A stretch of 64,000 bases of DNA from Oikopleura dioica (lineage: Eukaryota > Animalia > Chordata). Position numbers and translations under genes: made by a program. The stretch covers positions 10,044,001 through 10,108,000 of the forward strand of contig OU015567.1 in assembly GCA_907165135.1 (NCBI GenBank), given 5' to 3'. This document shows, piece by piece, positions 49,937-63,100 of the stretch. Below the pieces are notes generated by a model that was not told where the DNA came from, ran no database searches, and saw nothing but the letters and a program-made list of their open reading frames with translations. How positions within the stretch are numbered: position 1 is the first letter of the stretch; each line of letters begins with the position of its first letter.

Positions 49937-52900
49937 ATGGTGAAAAATGGGAGCCACCCAGTTACGAGCATGGGTGGACTCGTTTCGTCCTATGTCGTTG
50001 GCCATCTGACCTCATACCCGGTCAATTTGTCGATTACGCCTGACATTGTCAAGGACGCGAATAATAGGCTCAAATGTAAGTTTCAGTAAACAAGTAACCT
50101 TTAAAAAATGCAGACTATGATGATGTGCTAAAGGTGCTGATTTATCAGAATTAATAAGGAGGAGGAACATGCGCAAGACTCTTCAGCCGTCAAATAATCA
50201 TTAAAAATTGGCAGCGAAGAATCCGGCCAGTTTGTCACTTCTCATTAACCTAGGCAGATATTACAGTCATTACGGTTATTGATTATTTTTAAACCTCTTT
50301 TTCTTTCTCCTTCTCTTCATTATTTCAAATCAGAGAAAGAGGCAAATGTTGAGGCGATACAAAATTGACAGTAAAGATTCTTATAATTCAAGAAGATAGT
50401 CTTTTTGATAATATATTCTAGCACTTGAGAAGAAGAACCAGCTCTGGGCGCATGATTTTCTTCTGAAAGTCGACGAGTTTGGCGTAGAATTGGCAGCAGA
50501 AGCGGACAGAATCTCCGAGAAAATCCCGCTGAACCAGGTGAAATCTGTAAAGCAGGGATTTCCGCTGGAGAAATACAAGGAGATCCTTCTCATCCTCGTC
50601 AAAGAGGGATCCAATTACGAGCTACAGTGTCTCTCCTGTGTTGATTGTTATGCCCGAGGTAAGAAAAGCAAATCCGGAATGTAGAAAGTCCATTATGCGC
50701 TTGTATCATCGCTTTTACGATGATAGTTTTTCCTCAGACTATTTGCTGAAAGATTCCGGAGCATCACTTTTTGCTCCGTTCTTTTTTACAAAAAATAGTG
50801 AATGAGAAATTTTCTTGGTAAGTATTTTTTCTCTCCAAAGACATCTGCTGGTTGTAGCTCTTTTTATTTGATTTATTCATCGATCGACAGCTACAGTACT
50901 ACTGTAAACTGTCTGGTAAACATAGTGCTATGCTTGTAGCAATTATTTGCTAGCGGATGCTCATGAGATGCCCGAGAGTGTCTCGATAATATCTTACTGT
51001 AACTAACGGCGATTTCTTAGACGTCGCAGAAGATATCGAAAGTGCAATTGCTGATTCTAAGCAAAAAAATTCCAACAACTACATTCGACCAGGCACGCTC
51101 TCACGACAGCGTCAAAGGTAAACACCAACTTAAAGCATCAACAACTCTATAAAAATCCATCATAAGACCCTTTTCACCGCTCAAAACTAGCTCTAGACCG
51201 GAAGAGAAACAAATCATGAACCAGCGATACATAAAATTTTTAAGGAGAGAGCTAGAAGGTGGCACTTTCGACATTATTCCACCGCCACCGGCTGTGCCTC
51301 CACCGGCACTCCCAGTTTCAGACTCAGTCAAGCAAAAGATCGACCGAATCAGGCAAACTGCAATTTATCATCATCCGGAGTTCGAGACAAATGGGAATGA
51401 CTCCGCCGATTATAATGCTCTTTTTCAGTACAGAGTTGACAGGAATGCGTTTTTTTAACATCATATATCAGCTGAAAAATTGCTTTAAAAAATGGGTCAA
51501 ACAGGCAACTTTGGATCCAGTTGAGACTTCAGTTTTTATTCTAAAACGCATTATAGAAACGTCCTCATTCTGAACCATTGTCTTGATGACATTGAAGCCT
51601 TCGCTGGACAGCTTCAGAAAGCTGCTGAAGCTCACAAGCAGCTTTCAGTCAAGTCGAAAAAGTCGAAAAGCTCCTCCACGGGGTCCCTTTCTCGCTCGAT
51701 CTATTCGCAGCGAGCTCGACCGCCACCTAAAGAGGCCTATCTCGACATTTTTGCGAAGCAAAAGTTTTGTTTCAACCTTCTCGGCGAGCTCCAAGGTCAC
51801 ATTCAAAATCCATCTGCTGAAGAGCTCTGCCACTATCTTTTCAAGCCGCTGAAAATGATTATTGCTTCGTGCGGTGGGCCAACTCTTGCCCAGGGAGTTT
51901 TGACTCCTCTTCATACTGAGAAGGCTTTGCGACTTTTGAGAGAGAATATGAACTCTTCAGAAGCGGAATTGTTCTTTTCCCTCGGCGAAAAATGGACGAG
52001 AAGCCAGGAATCATGGGCAAATCAAAATGAGATCGAAGAATATCATCCCGAATTCAACTCTGGCTGGATGGCTCCTCCAGTAAAGCCCCCGCCACAAGAA
52101 ATCCCCGAGATCGCGCCCGAAATGACCCAAACAGAAATCATCCTCTTCAACTGCCGCGTTACACGAGATTTTCAAGGGCGCAATGAGATGGAATTGTCTG
52201 TCCTTATCGACGATGTCGTTCATATTCTCGACGACAATCGACTCTGGTGGTACTGTAGGATGGAAAATGGACAGAAGGGTTATCTTCCTTCCAAGATCTT
52301 GAGTCGAATTAATCATCGGAAACCGAGCACTGTCACTTCCGAGCCTTCCGATATCGCCCCAGAGTCGCCCAACTTCACTGGGTCGGGATTCTTGATCCCT
52401 GGCTTCGCTGCATGTAAGTTTCACTCTTCGCCCTAATTTCTAACTTCTTCTCAAGCGTCCAGTTACGCTCCATCGTACGCACCACCGTCAGAAAGCGTGA
52501 ATTCTCCAACTCCACCTCCGATGAGTCCGCCCCTCCCGCCCCAGTTCCTCCGCCTCCTGTAGCCGCTGCCCCAACTCCTCCCCCGCCCCCAGCACCAGCT
52601 CCAGTTCCAGTAGCATCCACCCCAAGAGCGACTCCAGTTCAAAAAACAGTCACAGCCGCGGCGATTTTGGCGAGAAAAGAGCAGCTTTCGAAGCCCGCTA
52701 CGCCCCCTCCCAAGAAAGAGGTAACCTTTCAGCCTACTTTGAAAGGGACGTCGTTAAATTTTTAATTTTCAGGAAGAACGGCTCGTCGTTGACGACGAAT
52801 TCAAAGACGAGCTCGACAATAGAGTCAAAAATTCCAACGTCAATCGCCAATTCAAACTTCCTTCCAGGACAAGTATGTTTTTCTAGAACTGACTCATCCA

Positions 52901-53412
52901 ACTGTTTACCTAACAACTTTTTCTTTCAGAATCGATTCCCAGCGCGACAATTACGAAGAAATCCGCACCCAGAGAGGTCAAACGATGGCTCCAGGTGTGT
53001 AAATCGAAATTAAACAAAAGATCTAAGTCCAAAATCTGAACTTTTTCACTATTTATTCCCTTATTTTTAGTCTTGCTCCTTTTCACATATCACTGTCGAA
53101 TCGCTAGGAGATTTGAATGGATCTCAAATCTTTAGCTTGACGAAAGATGAGCTCAGACAGGTACGATTCCGCCCATTTTCTGTCCCGCTTGAGCAAATTT
53201 TCTAGATCTGCGACCATGAAGGTAATGTTGTCTACAGCAAGCTCAAAATCCAAGAGAACCTGAACCAGCAAAAAGGCACCTTTTCGACGAAAGAACTGCA
53301 GGCAATCCTCTCCAAGCGTCGCCAAATGACGCACGATTCAGAAAATCAACTTAGCCGATCACCACCGGTGCGGCTTCTTCTCAGTTTTAAAAACGCTCCC
53401 TTTCTCGACTGA
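49937..53412 (+). CDS. EPS8: EPS8-family adaptor (PTB, SH3, SAM-like effector domain)
   Basis: ILNHCLDDIEAF..QKAAEA..HIQNPSAEELCHYLFKPL, an SH3 domain (DFQGRNEMELSV..WW..GYLPS) and SLGDLNGSQIFSLTKDELRQIC. Confidence 0.92.
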
Positions 53413-53920
53413 ATTTCAGAGCTACGTGTACTTTTAAAAATTCCACCACCAACGACCAGTTTTCCCCACTGTAAATATGTTATTGATGATTCATTCTGCT
53501 TCAAGTCCCTTCAAGCTAAGCAAAAAAACGAACAAAACATACAGTGCCTCGCTCCTTCGTTTCTATTTTGTTATAGTAGGCTCCAGTTTGGACTTCCTTT
53601 CTTTACGGCAGTCCGTCTTGCGAAAAAAGTGGAATCAAGCATTTTCTTGGCAACAGCAGGAAAAGGGAGCGAGGCATTTGTACACCACCACCTTAAAACC
53701 TATTCTTCTATTCCAACTCCAATCGTTCCGAAACAAACCCTCATCACTTCAACTTCCTCCTGAAAGATACTTCTCTTTTTACTCGCTCTTTATACAACCG
53801 TTCCACTGTATAATTATTGATAATTACTTGCGTACTGTACCGATACCACCATTGATTGATTACTTCTTGATTTCTTATCTTCCTGAAATTCATTTGAGAC
53901 TCAACTTTTCTTGTTTCAGA

Positions 53921-54440
53921 ATGTCTCAAACGAGCGACGTCGTTATCAAAGAAATCGAGCTCCAAAGAGGAAATGAGGGGCTCGGGTTCAATATAAGGGG
54001 CGGTAACGACCAACCCTACATTGTCGGCGACAACGGGATCTTTGTATCTCGGGTTAGGGACACCGGCGCCGCTTTCAATGTAAGTGCAACTTGTTCTTTC
54101 TTTCACTATTTCGGGCTTTTAGTCCGGACTTCTTGCTGCTGGCGACAAAATCTTGGAAGTCAATGGGGTCGACTTAACCGACGTTGATCACCAACAAGCC
54201 GTGCAAATCTTCCTCAGCACCGTGGAAAACAGCGTCGTGCGATTAAAAATCGTTAAAAATGCCTATCAAGAGATCCAAAACAGAAAAGTACAAGAGGAGG
54301 TAGGACGATTTTAGCCGTGCGATTATCAACGATATTTTTAGGAAAGCGCCTCTTCGAAAAAGAAGTGGATCATTCTAGCGGGTCTGCTAGCCGCTGGAGT
54401 TGGAGGCTACTTCATCTTCAAGCGCTATCAGCGACGCTAG
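53921..54440 (+). CDS. SYNJ2BP: SYNJ2BP/OMP25-like PDZ protein with C-terminal membrane anchor
   Basis: EIELQRGNEGLGFNIRGGNDQPYIVGDNGIFVSRV..GDKILEVNG plus a terminal TM helix and basic tail. Confidence 0.88.
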
Positions 54441-54789
54441 AAGCTTTTCTTCCGCCATAACCCTCTTGAGCCTCTCTTGAGTTTAGTAAGATCGCCCCTT
54501 CTTTGGAGAAAGGAAAAAGTATTTATTGCTAATTTTGTTCTTCGAAAAAACTGTTATTTTTTTCTGTTCTTTCAAGAGTATTTCGTTCTTTATTCGACTA
54601 TTACATGTATACCACCGTTTCTATCCAAAATCCAGTTCTGGAAAAATTCCAGCTCTTGAAAGAAAAAAATCTCTATTTATTTACGAGAAGTGAGCTTCTC
54701 ACTTCTCGCGCTGTTTATTAAGTTCAATAAAAGTTTTTAAAATAAAAATGTACTTTTTCAAATTTCAAAAGGGTTTTCTTTAGTCTGAA

Positions 54790-55437
54790 ATGAGCGATAA
54801 CGTCGCGAAAGAGCAGCCAGTGCAGAAGCAGGAGTATGATGTAACGTACATTTTTCTTCGCTGTGGAGCGGCTGCAAATAAACGCGGCTTTGTCGCCGAG
54901 CCGCGCGTTGATGAGAACGGCAAAGAAGGGATCTTCTTGCGTGAAGTTTGGAAGGGAACAACAGCACATAGGGTAAGGCATCTTCATTTCTTAGTTGTTC
55001 GATTTCATAAATAGAATATGTAGGGGCTTGTTGGCTTATGAGAAGCCAGCTTTTGTTTCTTTGCAAATAAGAAAGGCGGCTTTTATGTTTTTGCGAACAA
55101 GGGCCTAGTTCTTTCCTTGAGATAAGTCCTTTATTAGGCTGGCCTGGCCATTGACGACCGAATAATTCAAATCGGTGACGACGATATGCTCGGTAAATCA
55201 AACGAAGAAGCGCTCAAGCTTCTCAACGCCCCAGAGTACCAAAACACGCCCTGTCGGATGCTCATCATGCACGGCCCGCGCGAGAGAAGCGTTGCAGGCG
55301 ACGATATCGACCCTTCCCTTGATGAGCAGTTTCCAAACAATCTTGGCCCCTTCAGATATTATCTCCCGGCTGCTATTCTCGTTGGAGTCTGCTCTTTAGT
55401 CGTCGGTCTTTTGGTCCGAGGAGCGATGAAGAAATGA
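54790..55437 (+). CDS. Divergent PDZ protein with C-terminal membrane anchor
   Basis: GIFLREVWKGTTAHR|AGLAIDDRIIQIG (PDZ core) plus TM YYLPAAILVGVCSLVVGLLV and RGAMKK. Confidence 0.75.
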
Positions 55438-55610
55438 CTTGCCATAAAAGAATCGGGAGCAAGAATGGGATGTGTTGTTTTTCATGTATTCTTTTTGTTC
55501 AATCTGTTACCTGCCCATTTACTACCTCGAAATATATTCATCCGCGGAATTGCTCTTGTCAATAAATAAATTAAATGATTATAGAGAATCGATAGTTAAA
55601 TAGCATCAAA

Positions 55611-56375
55611 ATGCTCGTTGCCTACTCCCGTCACGTGATAATGCTAACACGTGCCTATTTCCTCGCTCTCCTGATCACCATTCTTTCAAAAATAAATTTG
55701 GGCCTTACCATGTTTTCTTATCACCCTCCAGCCATGGTCGCCGGTGCCTGGATTTTTTACGAAGCGGCGGTGTTCAAGAAGTCGAGATTGAGGATCGATT
55801 TGTACTTGAAGAATACTATCCATGGGTTTATAGCGCTCGTTGCTTTGGCCGCTGCGTGTTTTGGTTATTGGGTAAGTGTGTTGCTAGAAACCAAAATAAT
55901 CACGTGTTGCTTCTCAATATTGATGTTGAAAACAGACCTTTCAGTTTCATTAAACATTCTTCTCTTGCCAGCGGCAGGAATTAGAATTTTTCTATAAACC
56001 TATCTTTCATATTTCTTCATTCTTTCACGAGTTCTAGTCACTCATCTTCGCTTCCTTTAAAAATTATTCTTTTAGGCGATTTACGAGAACAAAGAACTCA
56101 TTGGAAAAGATCACTTCACTTCGTACCACGGTCAAGTCGGCATCGCCGCTCTTGCAATGATCTTCGCCAATCAACTTCTTGGAGCTGCGGCACACTATTT
56201 GAAAATTTCTGCCGCGCGCAAGGCGCATAGAATGTTTTCCTTCTTTATCCTTTCCTGTTTTTGTGGCGCGTTGAGTTTTGGTCTTTGGTCGGATTGGGCA
56301 GAGCACCAATTGCATTGGATCTTGAGATACAGTGGTGCTACTTTAGCTACAGTTCCCATTGCCATGTGGCTATAA
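55611..56375 (+). CDS. CYB561D2: Cytochrome b561 domain protein (CYB561D-like), 2 exons
   Basis: FSYHP, IHG, AIYENKELIGKDHFTSYHG and KAHR provide the four heme-ligand histidines in multiple TM helices. Confidence 0.8.
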
Positions 56376-56519
56376 TTTTTTCCGCTTCATTCTTCCTTTT
56401 TGCTTCCAGTAGTATATTTAGTGACTAATTTCAACTGATCTGATGCCTCATTAACTTTGAATTAGAAAATATGTCTAATCAAATTAATTGAACTTTCTTT
56501 TAAAATCTTCAGACTAAAA

Positions 56520-59405
56520 ATGACCGGACTTATCTACGAGGGTGCGAAGAAAGAAATCGACGTCGATGGAGCGAGGTTAAAATATTTCGATGTTTCATCC
56601 GTCATCCCTCAAGACAAATTCGAGCGTCTTCCGTTTTCCATCCGTGTCTTGCTCGAGTCTGCCGTCCGAAATTGTGACAACTTCCAGGTCTCGGAGGACG
56701 ATGTCAAGAACATCGTCAACTGGGAGGAGAACCAGGGCAAAGGTACTCATGGATTTTGAAGGATTGAATAATAAGCGCCTTTTAGATGTTGAGATTCGAT
56801 TCCGTCCCGCTCGAGTCATTCTCCAAGATTTCACAGGTGTCCCCGCCGTCGTCGATTTCGCAGCAATGAGAGACGCCGTCGCCCGACTTGGTGGTGATCC
56901 AAAGAAAATCAACCCAATTTGCCCGGTTGACCTCGTCATCGATCACTCTGTCCAGGTCGACGTTGCTGGATCAAAAGAAGCGCTGAAGAAGAACCAGGAG
57001 CTGGAATTTGAGAGAAATCGAGAACGATTCCAGTTTTTAAAATGGGGCTCCGACGCGTTCGAGGGGCTAGAGATTATCCCGCCTGGATCTGGCATTGTCC
57101 ACCAAGTAAATCTCGAGTACCTCGCCCGAGTTGTCTTCAACAGAGATTCAACGCTCTTCCCTGACAGTCTCGTCGGAACAGATTCTCACACGACAATGAT
57201 CAACGGACTCGGCGTCCTCGGCTGGGGAGTCGGTGGAATCGAAGCAGAAGCCGTCATGCTTGCTCAGCCTATTTCGATGGTTCTTCCCGAAGTCATTGGC
57301 TACAAGATCAGCGGTGAAATTCCAGATCTCGCTACATCCACCGACGTCGTTCTGACTATCACCAAGAATTTACGTGCAGTCGGTGTTGTCGGCAAATTCG
57401 TCGAGTTCTTCGGACCTGGAGTCGCCCAGCTCTCTATTGCTGATCGAGCCACGATCTCGAACATGTGCCCTGAATACGGAGCCACTGTCGGTTTCTTCCC
57501 AGTTGATGAGGTTTCCCTGGAATATCTCCGACAAACCGGCCGAACCCCCGAGAACGTGAAGCAAATCGAAGAGTATTTGAAGATCTCCAGTATGTTCCGA
57601 AATTACAGCGATGCCTCAACAGATCCAGTTTATTCAAAAGTCTACGAGCTTGACCTTTCGACTGTTGTTTCTTCCCTCTCTGGGCCAAAGCGCCCTCATG
57701 ATCGAGTTTCCGTCACCGATATGAAAAACGACTTCTTGCAATGCCTCACGAATCCTGTTGGTTTCAAAGGATTCAACATTCCCTCGGACCAGTTGAGTAA
57801 AACCGTACCATTCTTGTACGAAGGACAAGAATACACGCTCAAGCAGGGCTCTGTCGTCATCTCTGCCATCACTTCCTGTACCAATACTTCCAATCCTACC
57901 GTCATGCTCGGCGCTGGTCTCCTCGCGAAGAATGCCATTGAAAAGGGATTGAAAGTGGCACCATACATTAAAACATCGCTCTCTCCTGGGTCGGGTGTCG
58001 TTTCTTATTACTTGGAGTCGTCTGGAGTAATTCCTTACCTTGAGCAGCTTGGCTACGGTATCGTTGGTTACGGGTGCATGACATGCATTGGTAACTCTGG
58101 ACCATTGGCTGAAGAGGTCACAAAGGTCATTGAAGAAAACGATTTGGTTGTTGCTGGCGTTCTTTCAGGTAAGAAACAGGGAGGCGCAATAGATTAATCT
58201 TTATCTTTCTCCAAAGGAAACCGTAACTTCGAGGGTCGAATCCACCCACACACGCGCGCCAATTACCTGGCTTCACCTTTGCTCGTGATTGCATACGCTT
58301 TGGCAGGCCGCGTCGACATCGATTTCGAGACCGAGCCTTTGGCTCAGGACGGTGATGGAAACGATGTTTTCCTCCGTGACATTTGGCCCAAGCGAAGTGA
58401 CATTCAGGCAGTTGAACGCGCCCATGTCATCCCAGAAATGTTCAGAAAGGTTTGATCTTTTGGCGGCAACACCTTATTACTTAAATTTAAGGCGTACAGC
58501 TCCGTCAAGACCGGAAACGAAGCTTGGAACCGGCTCGAGGTCGATGCCGGCGTGCAGTACAAATGGGACGCTGAATCGACATATATTCAATCGCCACCAT
58601 TTTTCGAAACAATGACCCGTGACTTACCCCCAATCTCCAACATCACCAACGCTCGAGCTCTTCTCAATCTTGGCGACTCTGTGACGACCGATCATATCTC
58701 GCCCGCAGGCGCGATTTCGAGAACTTCGCCGGCGGCTAAGTACCTTGCTGAACGTGGGCTCAAGCCAAGAGACTACAACAGGTAAAAGATGTGCTGGAAT
58801 CAAGGAAGATAACTCTTTTTTTAGCTATGGAAGTCGCCGAGGAAACGACAGAATCATGGCACGAGGAACTTTTGCCAACATTCGACTTGTCAACAAATTC
58901 GTCGAGAAAGCCGGTCCATTTACCGTTCATTTCCCGTCTGAGGAGAAACTGCCAATTTTCGACGCTGCGATGAGATACAAGCAGGAAAACGTTACTGCGA
59001 TTATTCTTGCTGGTAAAGAATATGGATCTGGGTCGTCACGTGATTGGGCTGCCAAGGGTCCTTGGATGCAAGGAGTCCGGGCGGTCTTAGCAGAGAGTTA
59101 TGAACGAATTCACAGGTAAAGAAAAACACAAGATGTGTTCTTTATATTTTAGATCAAATTTGGTCGGAATGGGAATCATCCCACTTCAATACATGCCCGG
59201 TGAAAACACCGACAAAGCTGGCTTCTCTGGAAAAGAAGTTTTTACCATCGAAATGCCGGACAAGGTGACCCCTGGCTGTACTGCTACTGTCCGCACCGAA
59301 TGTGGCAAATCGATCCAAGTCTTGGTCAGATTCGACACTGAGGTCGAACTCACCTACTTCCGACATGGAGGCATCCTCAATTACATGATTCGAAGCATGC
59401 TCTAA
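56520..59405 (+). CDS. ACO1: Cytosolic aconitase / iron regulatory protein 1
   Basis: [92 protein letters not shown]. Five canonical introns. Confidence 0.97.
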
Positions 59406-60132
59406 TAAGGTCTGGGTTCAACCTACCGTGACGATCGGTATCTTTAATGGCGCCGGCAAGCATCGCATAAATACCGGTATAATTGATCAGTCAAATAGTT
59501 TTGAATCCGAATAAAAGAGCTGATTCTTCGTGCGATCCACAGCATTTTCAATGTTACATTTCGATCCGCGAGACAGACTTGATCCGCGATTAGTCTGTCT
59601 GCCATCGTTAAAACATACACATTTAGCAAAATTTCTTTTCGCATATTTGAATTGACTTGAGTCGTCTTTCCCGTTTCGTATAATCCCCCTTCCAGAGGTG
59701 AGCTTTTCCCAACTTGTCTTGAATTAACTAAAACGCAATCACTTTTTTCTCTGCTTCTTTCTTTTTTTCTGCTTCCAGTTCAAGCCTTGTTTCAACTTGT
59801 CCAACAGTATATTCTTCCGTCATGTTATGTTCCTTCTCTGTCTTTATCTGAATGTTGATTCTCTATTTTCTGTATTCTTGTGCAATCGGTTAGCTCGTTA
59901 AGATGTCGACTACTGATGCTAGTATTAAATACAGTTTTCTCAAAGTTCGATACTTCTTTAAAACCCGCCCAATTTATGATTGTTACAGTATCTAATAATA
60001 AATAATTATAAATTCTTGGTCATTTCAATTTTCAAGACAATTGAAACAAATTTCTGCTCAATAGAATGTTTCTCCGGTCAATTCGAAAAGCAGGCTACAA
60101 GACCATGCCGCAAGCGGCCTCTTTTCCGGTTA

Positions 60133-63100
60133 TGAAGAACACAATGCTTCCTCCTGGAACTTTCGACAATATTGGGATCTTAGATTCGTTAGACTCCCTC
60201 GTCCCCTAAGGTCACTTGCTTATCTAGATCGAGCTTTGCTCGGTCGCCGCCGTGTATTTCTCTCCATTCGGTAATTCACGCAGTTCGTGAATTAACCTCT
60301 ATTTTACTCCAGCTCGAAATACAGACGTCAAAGATACTTTACTCGTTTTCTTCACTCGTCCAGATATAGAGAGCAGGCAAACTACGCTAGAAGTGGGAGA
60401 TTCAGCAGAAGCTAGGATCCCTTCAGTGGTATCAGAGTAGTCCCGTTGGAGAAAAGGTAAATTTTCCGCCATCGACAACCGAAGTTTCGCAACTTGGACG
60501 CTGATTGGCCGTCAGCGGAGTCGAGGGGAACCGAATCACCAACCGCCACCGCGCCGCCGGAGAAACTCCACTCAGAGAATTTTCCGCGCCGCACCACACC
60601 AACACCACCCCGAGCGAGCGCCACCACACGAGCGCCACCACGACCCACGCGCCGAAAGTCGCGCCCACGCAACCACGCACGCACGCCGGGGAAAACCTAA
60701 AATACTCAGAAAAACAGAATTCTTTCGCCACTTTTCACCAAAAATCGAGAGAAGTTTACGAAGAATCGACCCTTGGACCAGACCTTGAAATTTCGACAAT
60801 CGCTGGACAGAGAAATCGTCGGGCGTTTGCGCAAAAAGGCACCTCAGCTCATCATATTGCGACTTTTAGTCGCAGTATTTTCTGAGGGCCTGAAAGGTAA
60901 TCCAAGGCCCATAAACCCTTACTGCCGATATATTTCGAGCTATGGCGGCGAACAAATCACTGCTAGAAACCGTCACCGAAATAAGAAGCATAAACGATCG
61001 AGTAAACTACCTCGAAGAACAAGTGCGAAATGACGAATCACTTAAGCCAAGCCTAGAGCCCTTGATCACAGAAAGCAGAGTAAAATTAGAACAGCTCAGT
61101 ACAACGCTTCTTACCTGCGAGCTCGATCAAGGAAAAGAATCTACGAATGCTACAATGAGAGAAGAAGCATGGGTGGCCACTACCTGGTCTCGTCACGTCC
61201 AAGACTTGCCGAAGCTGGACGCCGCATGCAACACATCTTTCAACACCTTCTTGGGCAGAGCCGACATTTATCACCGCGCCTACGTCCGCGACAGACCTTC
61301 ACGTGAACAGCCTTTCATCGCAGCAGTGTACAGCCACTTCGACTTGAACATCGAACGCTCACTTGGAACCGAATTTCTGAATTGTCAAGACTGGAAATCG
61401 GCCAAGGCGCTGCTAGAGAAATCATTCGCCGCGAAGAGTCACTACTTACTGAAGCTAAGCGAAGTTTTCGACGTCGAATACGACCATTCGAAGCCGTTTG
61501 CACACTACACCGCCAACGTCTTGCAAAAGATGAACGAGGCGAAGCAAGCGACTTTGAACTCTTACCGACAAGAGAAGTCAGCCGACGCCGGGGTCGATGA
61601 AATATTTGACATATTCTCGACGATGATGCTGTACTTGAATCTTAGGAAAGAAGAACCAGACGTTTTCAACGCAATCCTTCCAAGCCTATCAAAAGTTTAC
61701 GATATCAACGAACTCTGCCGTCTCGCCCAATCCACAAGACAGAATCGAGTTGACAGCGCGACCGTCTCCCAGCACTTCAACAGAAATAAGAACAAAAAGA
61801 AGAAGAATGCTAAGCGCGCCAGCAACGATTCTAAGGATGGGAAAGACGATAAACAACCAGAATCCAAGAAGATAAATACGACTAAGAACGTTGAAGATTT
61901 CCAACCATTCGACGTTCACTTTTACACAGTGAAGAAGAAGCGACCAGGAAAGGCTTATTTCGCTTCGGCTACCATCATTACGGGCTCTAAAAGTTTTGAC
62001 GTATCGATGGAAGTCGACAGCGGAGCCGAGTCCTCCTGTCTGTCCGCTGCTTACGTTCCCGACGAATTTCTCCAGATGCTGAAGCCCTGTCCCTTCAAGG
62101 TCACCGGTTTCAGCCCAAATATTCCCGCCGAGCAGCCGATGGGTATCCTTCCCTGCCGCTTATCATTCAATGGTGGCCCTGCATTCTCCCTGAATCTCAC
62201 CATTATGCCAGGCAGTAAATACCCAAGTCTACTGGGCCGCGATATACTAGAGAATGCGATGACGGACAGCTTCACAGTCGACAATAAGAATCGTACTCTC
62301 TCATTTTGCTACAACGAAGCCTTCACACAAACTGAGACTCAAGTGGTGAAGCTGGACGGAGTGAAGCGGACCAAAATCAAGAAATACTTGACTACTAGAT
62401 CAGCGGTCAAGGATAGCGATCGATCCCGCACTCAACCGCCACCAAAAGTCCCAAAGCTGGACGCACCTAACAAGAACGCAGCCAGGTGCCCCATTCAGCT
62501 AGCGAAGCAAAAACTCGGAATTACCCTACCAGCAAACGCCGACCCGGGGCAAAAGAAGGTGGTCGCCGAGCTGTGTTTGGAATTCGACGACAGATTCGGC
62601 TGCGACGGTCAAAAAATGGGTGAATTCCCGTTCGAGATCGAAATCCCGACTGATGGTACGAGTCGAAACATCAGTCAACACCCGATTCCGCAAGCTTTTC
62701 ATGGTCAGGTCAGCGATCACATCTCCGAACTGCTCGAAACGAAAATAATAGAAGAGATCAAAGACCAGAAAGGGTTTAACAGCCCGGTATTGCCTATTCC
62801 TAAGAAATCTGGGGAAATGCGCTTCTGCATCAACTACAAAAACAGCCTGAACAAATGCCTCTCCGACAAATCCGACCCTTACCATCTCCCAAGCATGGAG
62901 GATACGATTGCGAACATTGGACCGGGCAATAAGTTTTTCGCCACAGTTGATCTACGAAGTGGATATTGGCAGTGCCCTGTAAAGAAAAGCGACAGGTACA
63001 AGACTTCCTTCCAGTGGGGTGGGAAATCTTACGCCTTCTGCAGACTACCATTCGGTTATCGATGCTCGGGGAATATATTCTCGCGCGTCGTAAACACAAT

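Noticed and set aside
55440-59620. Iron-responsive element near CYB561D/ACO1
   Set aside because: No CAGUGH loop on a stem with a bulged C was found in the UTR-like intervals.
60505-60885. Upstream ORF in the retrotransposon leader
   Set aside because: It has a non-ATG start and low-complexity CAC content, so it is more likely untranslated leader.
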